In this document: one piece after another, positions 43,042-53,280 of the stretch
How positions within the stretch are numbered: the first letter of the stretch is position 1
Layout: every line of letters begins with the position of its first letter
Source: Halanaerobiales bacterium
GTDB taxonomy: Bacteria; Bacillota; Halanaerobiia; Halanaerobiales; M55B127
Length of the DNA: 63,291 nt
Reading direction: 5' to 3'
Assembly: GCA_046482435.1 (NCBI GenBank)
Contig: JAWOEZ010000023.1
Coordinates: forward strand, 1 to 63,291
Program-made: the position numbers and the translations under genes
Notes under the pieces: generated by a model
Told to the model about the DNA's origin: nothing
The model's input: only the letters and a program-made list of their open reading frames with translations
The model's database searches: none

Positions 43042-44217
43042 ATGGAATCTGAATTAATTAAAGAATTGGAAAAAGAAATTGAAAATAATAATGAAACAAA
43101 TATAGTTGATACAATCGAAACAATTAAAGATAAAGGTTTACCCTTAATAGAAAAGAAAGAAGGCACTTATCTTTTGACTTTTTTATTTAAAGGTCAAGAT
43201 CTACAGAATGTTGCTGTGGTAGGTTCTTATCCCGGTTTCAATTTAAACAAACAAAAGTTAGAATTAATAGAAAATAGTAGTTATTGGTATAAAACATATC
43301 AATTAGATCAACCTATTAATTTCACCTATGGTTTTGTAAAAGATTTTAAAACAGATAAAAAAGATTTTGATATGATGGGGAATATTATAAAAGATCCCTT
43401 TAATGAAAAAGAATTTACTGTCCATCAATCTCAAGATCAGGTTTTAAACTTAGCAGTCTGTAAGATGGTTAAAAATAAGGCAGTAGATCAATACTTTCAA
43501 CAGGAATCAAAAGAGAAATTGCCGGTGACAGAGCATTACCTAGATAGTTCAGTACTAGAAGAAAAAAGAAAGTACTGGTTGTTAGAAAGCGAAGAGGATT
43601 CTAATTATGATGGTGTCTTTCTCTGTACTGATGGTTATACTTATATTAATGACCAAGAATTATTACAAGTATTACATAATTTAAGGAAGGAAAAATTGAT
43701 ACCCAACCTATTATTTCTGTTCATTGAAAACAAAGAACGAACCAGTGAACTTGCGGCTAATAGTAACTTTAAAAACTTTCTGACCAAGGAAATCATGGAA
43801 CAAGTTTTCCAAAAACATGGTATTAAACTAGATCCAACCCAAAATGTAATTTGTGGCAAAAGTCTGGGAGGTCTTAACGCCTTATATACTGCTGTGAGTT
43901 CTGATTTATTTAAAAATATAATTAGTCATTCCGGAACTTTTATTTGGAATTATCAATATAGTAGAGAACCGGACTATATTTTTGAAGAAATAGGAAATAG
44001 TGATTTTCAGGCTAAAAACATCTATTTAGATGTTGGAGTCCTAGAAGATCAATTTGTACCTAGTTGGTTTATGAGTCTAATAGGAGTTAACAAAAGGATG
44101 AAGGAAACGCTCAAAGAAAAGTCAGATAACTTTTATTTTAATATTTTTAAGGGAGGCCATGAATACTACTGTTGGCGCCAAAATATGATAGAAGCCTTAC
44201 TCGAGTTCTTTAATTAA
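43042..44217 (+). CDS. esterase family protein (enterochelin-esterase-like alpha/beta hydrolase)
   Basis: N-terminal Ig-like domain plus the GKSLGG nucleophile elbow and GGHEY near the C-terminus. ATG 43042 follows AGAGG. Confidence 0.75.
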   Translation: MESELIKELEKEIENNNETNIVDTIETIKDKGLPLIEKKEGTYLLTFLFKGQDLQNVAVVGSYPGFNLNKQKLELIENSSYWYKTYQLDQPINFTYGFVKDFKTDKKDFDMMGNIIKDPFNEKEFTVHQSQDQVLNLAVCKMVKNKAVDQYFQQESKEKLPVTEHYLDSSVLEEKRKYWLLESEEDSNYDGVFLCTDGYTYINDQELLQVLHNLRKEKLIPNLLFLFIENKERTSELAANSNFKNFLTKEIMEQVFQKHGIKLDPTQNVICGKSLGGLNALYTAVSSDLFKNIISHSGTFIWNYQYSREPDYIFEEIGNSDFQAKNIYLDVGVLEDQFVPSWFMSLIGVNKRMKETLKEKSDNFYFNIFKGGHEYYCWRQNMIEALLEFFN

Positions 44218-44236
44218 ATATTGTGGAGGCATAACA

Positions 44237-45040
44237 ATGATCAGAAAACTGAATAAAAAAGATGAAAAAAAGATAATGGAGTATTTAACTAAGGAACCCG
44301 CTCTCAATCTATTTATGATTGGAGATATTGAAAATTATGGTTTTAATAATGAAGAATTCCAGGAAATGTGGGGAGAGTTTGATAAGGCGGGAGATTTTAA
44401 AGCAGTTCTTTTAAGGTATTTTGATAATAATATTATTTATTCCCGTGGGCAATATGATGCTAAAGCAATAGCAGAGGTTATTAAAAATAACGACCCTAAA
44501 ATGGTGACAGGTAAAAAATGTTGTGTTGAAAAATTAGATTCCTATCTTGATATAGCAAAAAAGAGGGACACCTATTTTGCTAAACTAGATAAAGCTGGCG
44601 AACTCTATCAAGGAGAACTCCTAGATAAAATACATAAAACTAAATTAGAAGATGTTAAATTAATCTGGGATTTATACCAAAAAATTGATGAATTCAATAG
44701 TCTTGATACAATAGAAAGAAAAGAAAAGAAGTATAAAAATAATACGGGGCGAGGCTACCACATCTATAATAAAGATAAAGATAAGGTTATTAGCTGTGCA
44801 GAAACCACAGCCGAGAACAGTTTTTCTGCGATGATAGTTGGTGTAGCTACAGACCCAGAACATCGGGAAAAAGGATTAGCTTCAGCTGTGATGTCCAAAT
44901 TATGTAAAGAGGTTTTAGAGGAAGGAAAAGAGCTGTGTCTTTTTTATGATAATCCAGCTGCCGGTAAAATATATAAAAGGATCGGGTTTAAAGAGATCGG
45001 AACCTGGAGTATGTGGACTGTAGAGGATGCTACTAATTGA
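44237..45040 (+). CDS. GNAT family N-acetyltransferase (267 aa)
   Basis: C-terminal acetyl-CoA motif VATDPEHREKGLASAVMSKL...YKRIGFKEIG. Confidence 0.85.
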   Translation: MIRKLNKKDEKKIMEYLTKEPALNLFMIGDIENYGFNNEEFQEMWGEFDKAGDFKAVLLRYFDNNIIYSRGQYDAKAIAEVIKNNDPKMVTGKKCCVEKLDSYLDIAKKRDTYFAKLDKAGELYQGELLDKIHKTKLEDVKLIWDLYQKIDEFNSLDTIERKEKKYKNNTGRGYHIYNKDKDKVISCAETTAENSFSAMIVGVATDPEHREKGLASAVMSKLCKEVLEEGKELCLFYDNPAAGKIYKRIGFKEIGTWSMWTVEDATN

Positions 45041-45066
45041 TAAATTTTTATGTGAGGAGAAAGTAA

Positions 45067-45933
45067 ATGGAAGCTAAGAATGTTTTAATTACCGGAGCAA
45101 CCGGTAATGTGGGATATGAATTATTTAAAAAATTAAAAGCGATAGACAATATAAATATCTATGCAGCCGGACGAGATATATCTAAAGCCAAAGAGATTAT
45201 TGATGATGATAAAATAAATTATGTAAAGCTAGATCTTAAAGATGAAAGCACCTATACAAAAGCGCTCCAAGATATTGATACTGTATTTTTGATGAGACCG
45301 CCGGCAATTTCAAAAGTAAAGAAGTATATTCATCCTTTTTTGCTTAAAATGAAAGAAGCTAATATAAAGCAAGTTGTCTTTTTATCACTCCAGGGCGGGG
45401 ATAAAAATATTTTAGTACCCCACTATAGAATAGAAAGATATATTGAAAATCTAGATTTACCCCATACTTTTTTAAGACCTAGTTTTTTTATGCAGAATTT
45501 ATCGACCACACATTTAAAAGAAATCAAAGAAGACAATGAAATATTTATTCCAGCTGGTCAGGGTAAAACAAACTTTATTGATGTAAGGGATATTGCAGAA
45601 GTAGCTAAAAAAGTAATATTAGAGGAGAACCATCTAGAAAAAGGTTATGAACTAACAGGTCCTGATAACTTAGATTATAATCAAATAGCAGAAATTATGA
45701 GTGATATATTAGATGAGAAGATAGAATATAAGAATCCGTCCATTTTTCAATTCTATAAGCGAAAAAGAAGCGAAGGTTATTCTGTATTACATATCATAGT
45801 TATGATCGGACTCTATTCGGTTACTAAATTTGGTTTGGCTGCTAAAAAGACAGATAAATTAAAACAACTTTTAGACCGGGAGCCGATTAGTTTTGAAAAG
45901 TTTGTGAGAGATAATAAAGAAGTATGGTATTAA
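45067..45933 (+). CDS. NmrA-like / NAD(P)H-binding atypical SDR
   Basis: ITGATGNVG Rossmann motif, 288 aa. Confidence 0.85.
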   Translation: MEAKNVLITGATGNVGYELFKKLKAIDNINIYAAGRDISKAKEIIDDDKINYVKLDLKDESTYTKALQDIDTVFLMRPPAISKVKKYIHPFLLKMKEANIKQVVFLSLQGGDKNILVPHYRIERYIENLDLPHTFLRPSFFMQNLSTTHLKEIKEDNEIFIPAGQGKTNFIDVRDIAEVAKKVILEENHLEKGYELTGPDNLDYNQIAEIMSDILDEKIEYKNPSIFQFYKRKRSEGYSVLHIIVMIGLYSVTKFGLAAKKTDKLKQLLDREPISFEKFVRDNKEVWY

Positions 45934-45965
45934 AAACTTCTCTAAATTTTTTTGAGGTGAAAATT

Positions 45966-46469
45966 TTGAAAATTGAAAAAGTAGATGAAAATAATCTTAA
46001 CAAAAAAGAAGTAGCAAAGATGTTGATTAAATTCAGAACCTATCTGGCGAGTCTTAAGGATAGAGAAGATAATATGACAGTGGAAGATGGATTGGAAGAG
46101 ATTGAATATTATCTTGATAAAGGTTACCCTATCTATGCAGCCCGAGAGGATGAACAGTTTGCAGGATATTTTATCCTTAAATATGATGATGACACAGTAT
46201 GGCTAGAACACTTTTATGTTAAAGAAACTTACAGAAATCAGGGAATAGGATCCAAATTATTTCAAAAAGCTGAAGAGGTAGTTAATAAATTGGGTTATGT
46301 GAATTTATATAATTGGGTTCATCCCAACAATGATCGGATGATAAACTTCTTAAAAAAACAGGGTTATGATGTTTTAAACATGATAGAAGTTAGAAAGAAA
46401 TTCGATGATGAAGATTTGAAAAGTGAAATAATAGTAGGTAATAATAGGTTTAAGTATAATAAAGATTAA
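45966..46469 (+). CDS. GNAT family N-acetyltransferase
   Basis: YRNQGIGSKLFQKAEE motif A. The track ORF opens at 45924; TTG 45966 follows GAGG by 8 nt. Confidence 0.8.
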   Translation: MKIEKVDENNLNKKEVAKMLIKFRTYLASLKDREDNMTVEDGLEEIEYYLDKGYPIYAAREDEQFAGYFILKYDDDTVWLEHFYVKETYRNQGIGSKLFQKAEEVVNKLGYVNLYNWVHPNNDRMINFLKKQGYDVLNMIEVRKKFDDEDLKSEIIVGNNRFKYNKD

Positions 46470-46539
46470 ATTAAAAAGGGTTATTCGAGAAAATAAAGAA
46501 ATAAATAAATAAGATGTCATATAATAACAGGTGATAATT

Positions 46540-47034
46540 ATGGTTATAAGAGATGCTGAAGAAAAAGATATAGAAAAAATAAATAAAATCTATAATAAGG
46601 CTGTTAAAAATCTAACCGTTACTTTTGATACAGAACCTCTATCTCTTGCAGAACAAACTAAGTGGTATCAAAAACATAAAGAGGAAGGTTATCCTATTAT
46701 AGTGGCTGAAAATAAGGAAGAAGTATTAGGCTGGGCTTCTTTATCAAAATGGTCTGAAAAGGAAGGCTATAGATATACAGTAGAGAATTCAGTTTATGTG
46801 GATAATAAATACCGTAATAAAGGAATCGGTAAAAAGCTCTTAGAGGAACTTATTCAAAAAGCTAAAGAAAAAGAATTCAAAAATATCATAGCATTAATTA
46901 CAGAAGGCAATGAGGTAAGCATTATTTTACATGAAAAATATGGATTCGAAAAGGTGGGAACGTTACATAAAGTAGGATATAAATTTGATAAATTTATAGA
47001 TGTAGATCTTTTTCAACTTAGATTAGATGAATAA
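46540..47034 (+). CDS. GNAT N-acetyltransferase, phosphinothricin/methionine-sulfoximine acetyltransferase-like
   Basis: IRDAEEKDIEKINKIYN...FDTEP...YRNKGIGKKLLEELI...HEKYGFEKVG. Confidence 0.8.
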   Translation: MVIRDAEEKDIEKINKIYNKAVKNLTVTFDTEPLSLAEQTKWYQKHKEEGYPIIVAENKEEVLGWASLSKWSEKEGYRYTVENSVYVDNKYRNKGIGKKLLEELIQKAKEKEFKNIIALITEGNEVSIILHEKYGFEKVGTLHKVGYKFDKFIDVDLFQLRLDE

Positions 47035-47088
47035 ATAAAATAGAACTAAGTTAAGAATAAAACAAGCAAATTAGAGGAGGAATAATTA

Positions 47089-47880
47089 ATGGAAATACCT
47101 GCTGAAAAATGGTTTGAAGCTGTTAGAAAAAGAAGTTCGGTAAGAAGCTTTTTATCTGCCTCATTAAAAGATGAAGATGAAAAAAAGTTCACCGAATTTT
47201 TAGATGAATGGAGTGGAAAATATAAAGGCATAAGAATCGAATATGTGAGAGATGGTTTTCAGGAAGTTGCTAAAGGTTTTGTAGGCTCTTACGGTAAAAT
47301 AGAAGGAGCTCAATCCTATCTGGTAATCTTGGCTGAAAAGAACACACCATATAAGAACGAAAAGTCAGGCTATATGGGTGAAGGTGCAGTTCTAGAGGCA
47401 GTTTCCATGGGAGTATCTACCTGTTGGGTAACTGGGACATATAAAAAGAAAAATGTTTCCGAACAAGTAGAAATAAAAGATAATGAATTAATAAAATCAG
47501 TTATAGCCCTAGGATATGCCAAAGATAAAACAAAGCTTTCTGAAAAATTAGTTAAGACTATTGTTTCTAGTGAAAAAAGAAAACCATTAGAAAAACTATG
47601 TGAAAATGGTGTAGATGACAATTGGCCGGACGGGGTAAAAACAGCTTTAGAAACAGCCAGATTAGCCCCTTCTGCTATCAATAGACAACCTTGGAGGTTC
47701 AGGGTCGAAGATGATGGGATAGTTGTCTATCTTGCTAAATCTGATGACGAGAAAGGATCAAGAAAACTCGATTGTGGGATAGCAATGCTTCATCTGGAAG
47801 TTGGAGCACTTTATTCTGGTGTTAAAGGATCCTGGAAATTATCATTAGATCCCGAAGTAGCTAAATTTATCAAAGAATAG
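47089..47880 (+). CDS. nitroreductase family protein (TM1586-like)
   Basis: RKRSSVRSF at the N-terminus and a second APSAINRQPWRF motif. 263 aa. Confidence 0.8.
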   Translation: MEIPAEKWFEAVRKRSSVRSFLSASLKDEDEKKFTEFLDEWSGKYKGIRIEYVRDGFQEVAKGFVGSYGKIEGAQSYLVILAEKNTPYKNEKSGYMGEGAVLEAVSMGVSTCWVTGTYKKKNVSEQVEIKDNELIKSVIALGYAKDKTKLSEKLVKTIVSSEKRKPLEKLCENGVDDNWPDGVKTALETARLAPSAINRQPWRFRVEDDGIVVYLAKSDDEKGSRKLDCGIAMLHLEVGALYSGVKGSWKLSLDPEVAKFIKE

Positions 47881-47894
47881 ATGAGAGGTGTGAA

Positions 47895-48449
47895 ATGAAA
47901 AAGACATCTGAAATACTAAAAGAGTTAAGTACAGAGAGGTTGATATTAAAACCGATTTCAAGAGAATATACAGAAGCTCTCTTTAAACACCTATCTGACC
48001 CAGAAGTAACAAAATATATGGATATAGATACTATGGAAAACGTAAAAGAAGCGGAAGAAATAATTGATTATTATCTAGAAAAAGAAGATGACAGAACTTG
48101 TTATCGTTGGGCTATATTGAATAAAGAAAATAAAGAGTTTATGGGAACCTGTGGGTTTAACAGCTGGATAAGAAATAGAGCTAATAGAAGTGAAATAGGC
48201 TATGACCTTTCAAAGAAATACTGGGGTCAAGGTTATATGGCTGAAGCATTAGAAGTACTACTAAAACATGGATTTGAAGTTCTTGATGTTCACAGAATTG
48301 AAGCTATGGTTACAGAAGGAAATATATCAAGTTGTAAATTATTAGAGAAAATGAATTTTACAAAAGAAGGTCTATTAAGGGATTATAATTATTGGAAAGA
48401 TGGTTTTGTCAATGAATATATGTACTCACTTTTAGAAGAAGAATATTGA
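47895..48449 (+). CDS. GNAT N-acetyltransferase (RimJ/RimL-like, Acetyltransf_3)
   Basis: LSTERLILKPIS...PEVTKYM N-terminal pattern and YWGQGYMAEAL motif A. Confidence 0.85.
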   Translation: MKKTSEILKELSTERLILKPISREYTEALFKHLSDPEVTKYMDIDTMENVKEAEEIIDYYLEKEDDRTCYRWAILNKENKEFMGTCGFNSWIRNRANRSEIGYDLSKKYWGQGYMAEALEVLLKHGFEVLDVHRIEAMVTEGNISSCKLLEKMNFTKEGLLRDYNYWKDGFVNEYMYSLLEEEY

Positions 48450-48472
48450 AAATTATATATATAAGAAATACT

Positions 48473-48512
48473 ACCTCTTATGACTATTAAAATAGTTATA
48501 AGAGGTTTTTTG
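48473..48512 (+). terminator. strong Rho-independent terminator
   Basis: 16-nt arms acctcttatgactatt / aatagttataagaggt (15/16 paired) followed by tttttt. Confidence 0.8.
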
Positions 48513-48662
48513 TTTTAAAGAAGGGAAAATAGATATTTTAATTAAATATATATAGTAGTATTAAATAAATAATTGAGGGGTTATATAAGAAAAGAAAGAT
48601 TTAAAATTTCAGGTGGAAAATAAAATATATTTATTTAATTTGATCAAAAGGGGGGAACTTAG

Positions 48663-49571
48663 ATGGAAGTATATAATATTCAAGAAAAAGATTTGAATAA
48701 ATTTATATTATCAGCAAATGATAATCCTGATTTAAAAAGAACTGTAGAATCTTTGTGGAAAGACGGATTTTCTAAACCCGCTTGGTGTTTTGTTTTAGAA
48801 GAAGAAAAAATTATCGGCAGGATTGGATATTGGGCTTCCCCCGATAATAAAAGAGAAGTACGTATTTTTGGATTATTGTTACCCTGGGAAAGAGAAGATC
48901 TTCTGACAATAGGAGAAAAAATATTAACGGAAAGTTTGCAGAAAATGAAAAAGCAAGGAGCTAAGTACGTTAATTATCAAATACATACCGAGGAAGACAA
49001 ACCAGTAGATACACTTAAACAAATTTTTAAGCTTGCTGGAATGAAGCAAATTCAGGCAAAAAAGAGATACAAACTATCAAAGAAAACATATGAAAGTATA
49101 GCTAAAAATAGATTAAACTATAAATCTTTAAAAGAAGTTGGCAAAGATTTATTCATTGAAGTTATTAAGAAAGTTACGAGAGGTACATTAGATAAAGAAG
49201 ATGAATTGTCTGTTTCAAATTTAGGAGAGCAAAAAGATGCTAAAAATCATTTAAATAATTTAAAAGATATTGATTTTTCACCCCCAAATTGGTTCGTTGG
49301 CTATAAAAATAAAGAAATAGTTGGATTAGTTGTACCTCAAAAATTAAATAAAGAGTTAGGAACTATAAATTATATAGGAGTAGTTCCAGAGAAAAGAGGC
49401 CACGGTTATGTCATAGATTTATTAGATAAAGGAATAAAAAACTTATTTAATAGAAATATATTTAATATCATTGCTGATATAGATCGATCAAATTTTCCAA
49501 TGGAAAATGCTTTATTAAAATTGGGTTTTAAAGATGAGAAAGAGATATTTGTTAATAGATTGGTTTTGTGA
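48663..49571 (+). CDS. two-domain GNAT family acetyltransferase
   Basis: 302 aa. The C-terminal module has IGVVPEKRGHGYVIDLL...LKLGFK. Confidence 0.75.
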   Translation: MEVYNIQEKDLNKFILSANDNPDLKRTVESLWKDGFSKPAWCFVLEEEKIIGRIGYWASPDNKREVRIFGLLLPWEREDLLTIGEKILTESLQKMKKQGAKYVNYQIHTEEDKPVDTLKQIFKLAGMKQIQAKKRYKLSKKTYESIAKNRLNYKSLKEVGKDLFIEVIKKVTRGTLDKEDELSVSNLGEQKDAKNHLNNLKDIDFSPPNWFVGYKNKEIVGLVVPQKLNKELGTINYIGVVPEKRGHGYVIDLLDKGIKNLFNRNIFNIIADIDRSNFPMENALLKLGFKDEKEIFVNRLVL

Positions 49572-49773
49572 GACAAATTTAATAATTCATAGTGAAAATG
49601 TGAAAAGATTACGTATATAATATAAATATGAGTAAAAAATTAAAAATATTACACATGTTAAAATTCATTCTGTTCAGAAAAATTGAGTAAGATTCAAGTA
49701 GAATGAAAAAGTTATAACCCAAATCAAAAGTTAAGATATTTTTAAAAAATTTCTTTAATAAGGGAGAAAAACT

Positions 49774-50613
49774 ATGGATATAAAAACAATAATTAATTTA
49801 TCTAAAAAACCAAAATTATTTGAAAGAAGTGATCAAAAATTCTGGGATGATCCTCATATATCAAAAAAGATGTTAGAGGTTCATATTGATCCTGAATTTG
49901 ACGCTGCCAGTCGGTCTTATGAATTTATGGAAGAATCTATTGATTGGCTTGTTAATAGGGTATTAACCGAGGTAGATCAAAAAATACTAGATTTAGGCTG
50001 TGGACCCGGTTTTTATTCTCAGGGATTAGCAGAAAAGGGTTATTCAGTAACAGGAGTTGATCTATCTAAAAGGTCAATAGAATATGCTAAGGCACAAAAA
50101 GAAAGTGAAGAGTTGGATGTTGAATATAAGGTTCAGAACTTTTTAGAACTTGATTATGTCAAAAAATATGATGCGGTTATTATGATGTATTGTGAATTGG
50201 GGGCATTGACTAATCAGGAACGTGATAAGTTACTGGAGAAAGTTAATAATGCTTTAAAACCCGGTGGGCTATTTATATTTGATGTTTTTACTGCTAATAA
50301 ACGGGAAGAGCATGAACTTGATAAAAGCTGGGATGCTGTTAAACAAGGTTTTTGGGATGAGAACCCCTATTTATCTTTAACTGAGACATATTTTTATCCA
50401 GAAGCAGATACCTATTTAAATCAAACTATTGTTGTAAATGAAGATGACGAGATATCTTTATATAGGATCTATGAACATTACTATAATAAAGGAACAATAA
50501 CTAAAGTACTGGATAAATTCGGTTTTATAAATCATTCTTTTTATTCTGATTTAACTGGTAAAAAATATTCTCCTAACTCTAGGACTTTGGCAGTAGTAAC
50601 TGAAAAATTATAA
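49774..50613 (+). CDS. class I SAM-dependent methyltransferase
   Basis: ILDLGCGPGFYS motif I and LKPGGLFIFD. Confidence 0.88.
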   Translation: MDIKTIINLSKKPKLFERSDQKFWDDPHISKKMLEVHIDPEFDAASRSYEFMEESIDWLVNRVLTEVDQKILDLGCGPGFYSQGLAEKGYSVTGVDLSKRSIEYAKAQKESEELDVEYKVQNFLELDYVKKYDAVIMMYCELGALTNQERDKLLEKVNNALKPGGLFIFDVFTANKREEHELDKSWDAVKQGFWDENPYLSLTETYFYPEADTYLNQTIVVNEDDEISLYRIYEHYYNKGTITKVLDKFGFINHSFYSDLTGKKYSPNSRTLAVVTEKL

Positions 50614-50642
50614 TAAACGAAACTTAATAAAGGAGGGTTAAA

Positions 50643-51128
50643 ATGACAAAACTAACTGTTAAATTAGAAGATGTTATGGAGGCAATCGAACTGCAAACAA
50701 TGGAAAGCAATTATTTTTATTCTAAAAAAGATGGTAATGTTTACTTTATAACGGATGATGAATTAAGATCTGCAGAAGGTGATTATGATATAGAAGATTT
50801 TCCTGAATGGCAGCAAAAAAATATCAAACTTGCAGAAGATATTTTGTCAACAATGGATTATATTAGATTGCCTGATCGACTGGATATTGATGATTATAAA
50901 ATAATGGAAGCGTTTTGTCTTTCTATAGAAGATAAAGAGTTAAGAGATTTAATGTATAACTGTATAAAGGGCAGTGGGGCTTTTAGGAGGTTTAAAAATA
51001 ATATTCATAAGTACGGTATTGCTGACGATTGGTATGATTTTCAAGAAGAAATATATATTGAGATCGCCAAGGATTGGTGTAAAGAACATAATATAGAATA
51101 TATTGAAGGAGAGTACAATAATGACTAA
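50643..51128 (+). CDS. UPF0158 family protein
   Basis: GSGAFRRFKNNI...DDWYDF C-terminal signature, 161 aa. Confidence 0.75.
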   Translation: MTKLTVKLEDVMEAIELQTMESNYFYSKKDGNVYFITDDELRSAEGDYDIEDFPEWQQKNIKLAEDILSTMDYIRLPDRLDIDDYKIMEAFCLSIEDKELRDLMYNCIKGSGAFRRFKNNIHKYGIADDWYDFQEEIYIEIAKDWCKEHNIEYIEGEYNND

Positions 51129-51456
51129 AAAAGAAAAACTAAAAAATTACTCTGAGGAGGAGAGATTAGAGGATGCTGAAAAATGGATTTTTGACTATGA
51201 GGAGACTGATATAGAAAAAGCTTATTGTGATAGATATGGAGTAGATGTTTTTGCTGCCTCCCAAGAATTAAAATCCTTAGGATATTTTGAGACTGATGAG
51301 TCAGAGGATGATATATTTGACGGAGATGATAAACCGCAATCCTATATGGAAAGTCAATTTGAATTTATTTTGGGTTATACCTCAGGAGGAGTGCCCTATG
51401 GTATTAAAAAGGAAGATAATGATATAGATGATGGGGACCTGGAACTACCTTTTTAA
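51121..51456 (+). CDS. acidic hypothetical protein, translationally coupled to the UPF0158 gene
   Basis: 111 aa, D/E-rich. GAAGGAGAG precedes ATG 51121. Overlaps the upstream stop by 8 nt. Confidence 0.6.
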   Translation: MTKKEKLKNYSEEERLEDAEKWIFDYEETDIEKAYCDRYGVDVFAASQELKSLGYFETDESEDDIFDGDDKPQSYMESQFEFILGYTSGGVPYGIKKEDNDIDDGDLELPF

Positions 51457-51488
51457 ATAGAAAAAATATATGAGGGGGTATTTAGAAA

Positions 51489-52178
51489 TTGGAAAACTTA
51501 AAACAAACTTTAGAAAAGTTTTTAAAAGAACAAAAAGAAAGATTAGCAAAAAGTACTTATAATAAATATGATGATGTAATCACTTTATTTGAACATTATT
51601 TGAATGGATATGGTTATCAATATTTAGATGAAGAAAATCATGAAACATATGAAAAAATGATGTATAGCAAAAATAAGCAATATTGTGAAGTGTTTACTAT
51701 TGAACAAATAGGTCCGGGTGAGCTAGATGAATTCATGACTTATTTTATGATTAGAAAAGTAATGAGCAGTAAAGAATTATTGAAAAACACTGGTACTGTC
51801 CTGAGGAAATTTATAAAGTGGTTAAAAGAAAATTCATATATAGATGATAAAAAATTTGATATATTATATAGTGAGGTAAATGAAAATAAAGATGACTTAC
51901 CTAAAGTGGAAGAACTAGCTGATCTGTTCTTTGAGAATGGTAGAAGAAACAGTTTTTATGAATATGAGGAATATGAAGAAGATAATTTTCAAATTTCTAA
52001 AATTGGAAAAGGAAAACTTTGGTTGGAGTCATTTATGGAGGAAAATAAAAATGTTGGGCCTGTAAAAGTAACTGAAGAAATAAGTTCCTTAGCCCAGGAA
52101 GGTTGGTTAGTTTATCTTGTATTAGGTAAGTCAGGGAAGAACTGGTATATTATTGAAAGTGGCAATGTATATCCTTAG
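51489..52178 (+). CDS. hypothetical protein; N-terminal half reminiscent of the SAM-like core-binding domain of tyrosine recombinases, no catalytic domain
   Basis: 229 aa, TTG start after GAGGGGG. FLKEQKERLAKSTYNKY...EFMTYFMIRKV...VLRKFIKWLKENSYI pattern. A decayed paralogue lies at 33095-33590. Confidence 0.6.
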   Translation: MENLKQTLEKFLKEQKERLAKSTYNKYDDVITLFEHYLNGYGYQYLDEENHETYEKMMYSKNKQYCEVFTIEQIGPGELDEFMTYFMIRKVMSSKELLKNTGTVLRKFIKWLKENSYIDDKKFDILYSEVNENKDDLPKVEELADLFFENGRRNSFYEYEEYEEDNFQISKIGKGKLWLESFMEENKNVGPVKVTEEISSLAQEGWLVYLVLGKSGKNWYIIESGNVYP

Positions 52179-52505
52179 TAAATGATAAAATGATACTGTC
52201 AATAATCACCACTAAAGCATAGAGTGGGATGGTATTTTCTTGAGACAAAAAAGATAAAGAAACTGAATCAATTATTTAATAAAGGTGATAAGGGAGTATT
52301 AAAAAATAAACAAGATTAAAGGGTAAATAAACTAAGAGGAAAACTAATTTTAAATGGTACAGGAAAAAGCTAGTAAAGCATATATCTCTCAAATATAGCT
52401 TTTTAAAATATATAGCAATAAGGTTTTATTAAAGACTAACCCAAAAGAAATGAAGGATATTTGTCATGTGAAATAAGCTGTAAGGCATTTTAGGGAGGTG
52501 TTATT

Positions 52506-52922
52506 ATGGCTGGAATTATTTATAAACAGAATTCTTCTTTTACAGAAGATGATATATTATATTTATATGAAAATGTAGGATGGACTAATTATACGAAAAA
52601 TATAAAAAAACTAATGAGAGCTTTAAATAATTCCTTGTACATACTAACAGCGTGGGATGAAAATAAATTAGTTGGATTAATTCGAATTATTGGGGATGGA
52701 GAAACAATAATCTATATTCAGGATATTTTGGTCTTAAGTGAATATCAACGCCAGGGAATAGGTTCAAAATTATTGGAAACACTTCTTGATGAATATAAAA
52801 ATGTTAGACAGAAAGTTCTTTTAACTAATGAAACTGAAAAAACGAGATCATTTTATAAAGCAAATGGTTTTGAACCAGCTAATAAATCAAATCTTGTATC
52901 ATATGTACTAATTAATAATTGA
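52506..52922 (+). CDS. GNAT family N-acetyltransferase (138 aa)
   Basis: YQRQGIGSKLLETLL motif A and YKANGFE. Confidence 0.85.
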   Translation: MAGIIYKQNSSFTEDDILYLYENVGWTNYTKNIKKLMRALNNSLYILTAWDENKLVGLIRIIGDGETIIYIQDILVLSEYQRQGIGSKLLETLLDEYKNVRQKVLLTNETEKTRSFYKANGFEPANKSNLVSYVLINN

Positions 52923-52934
52923 AGGGGGATTATA

Positions 52935-53279
52935 ATGGCTTTAGATGAATTACAAAAGAAAAGAGTTAAGAAAATTTTAGATAAATTTTGTGAAGATCGT
53001 ATTCCAGATAGGGCTAAAGATCAAATTGAATTGGATTATAATATAAGAGGCAATTATGTGACCTTAATTGAAAAGCGTAGGTATTATAAAAATCCAAAAG
53101 AATGGATTAAACAGAAAATTGCTCAATTTAGATTTACACCAGAAGATAATAAATGGGCTTTATATTGGTGGAGACATACTGGGAAATGGTATAAATATAA
53201 GGAAGTTCAACCTAGTAATGATTTACAGGATTTAGTTAATGAAGTAGATAAAGATCCAACAGCCATTTTTTGGGGATAG
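52935..53279 (+). CDS. DUF3024-like protein
   Basis: 114 aa. KIAQFRFTPEDNKWALYWWRHTGKWYKY signature. Confidence 0.7.
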   Translation: MALDELQKKRVKKILDKFCEDRIPDRAKDQIELDYNIRGNYVTLIEKRRYYKNPKEWIKQKIAQFRFTPEDNKWALYWWRHTGKWYKYKEVQPSNDLQDLVNEVDKDPTAIFWG

Positions 53280-53280
53280 A

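Noticed and set aside
49572-49773. Possible additional member of the palindromic spacer families (contains attacgtatataat and atgtg/cacat).
   Set aside because: The similarity is limited to a few AT-rich bases and the arms pair poorly. It is not distinguishable from chance.
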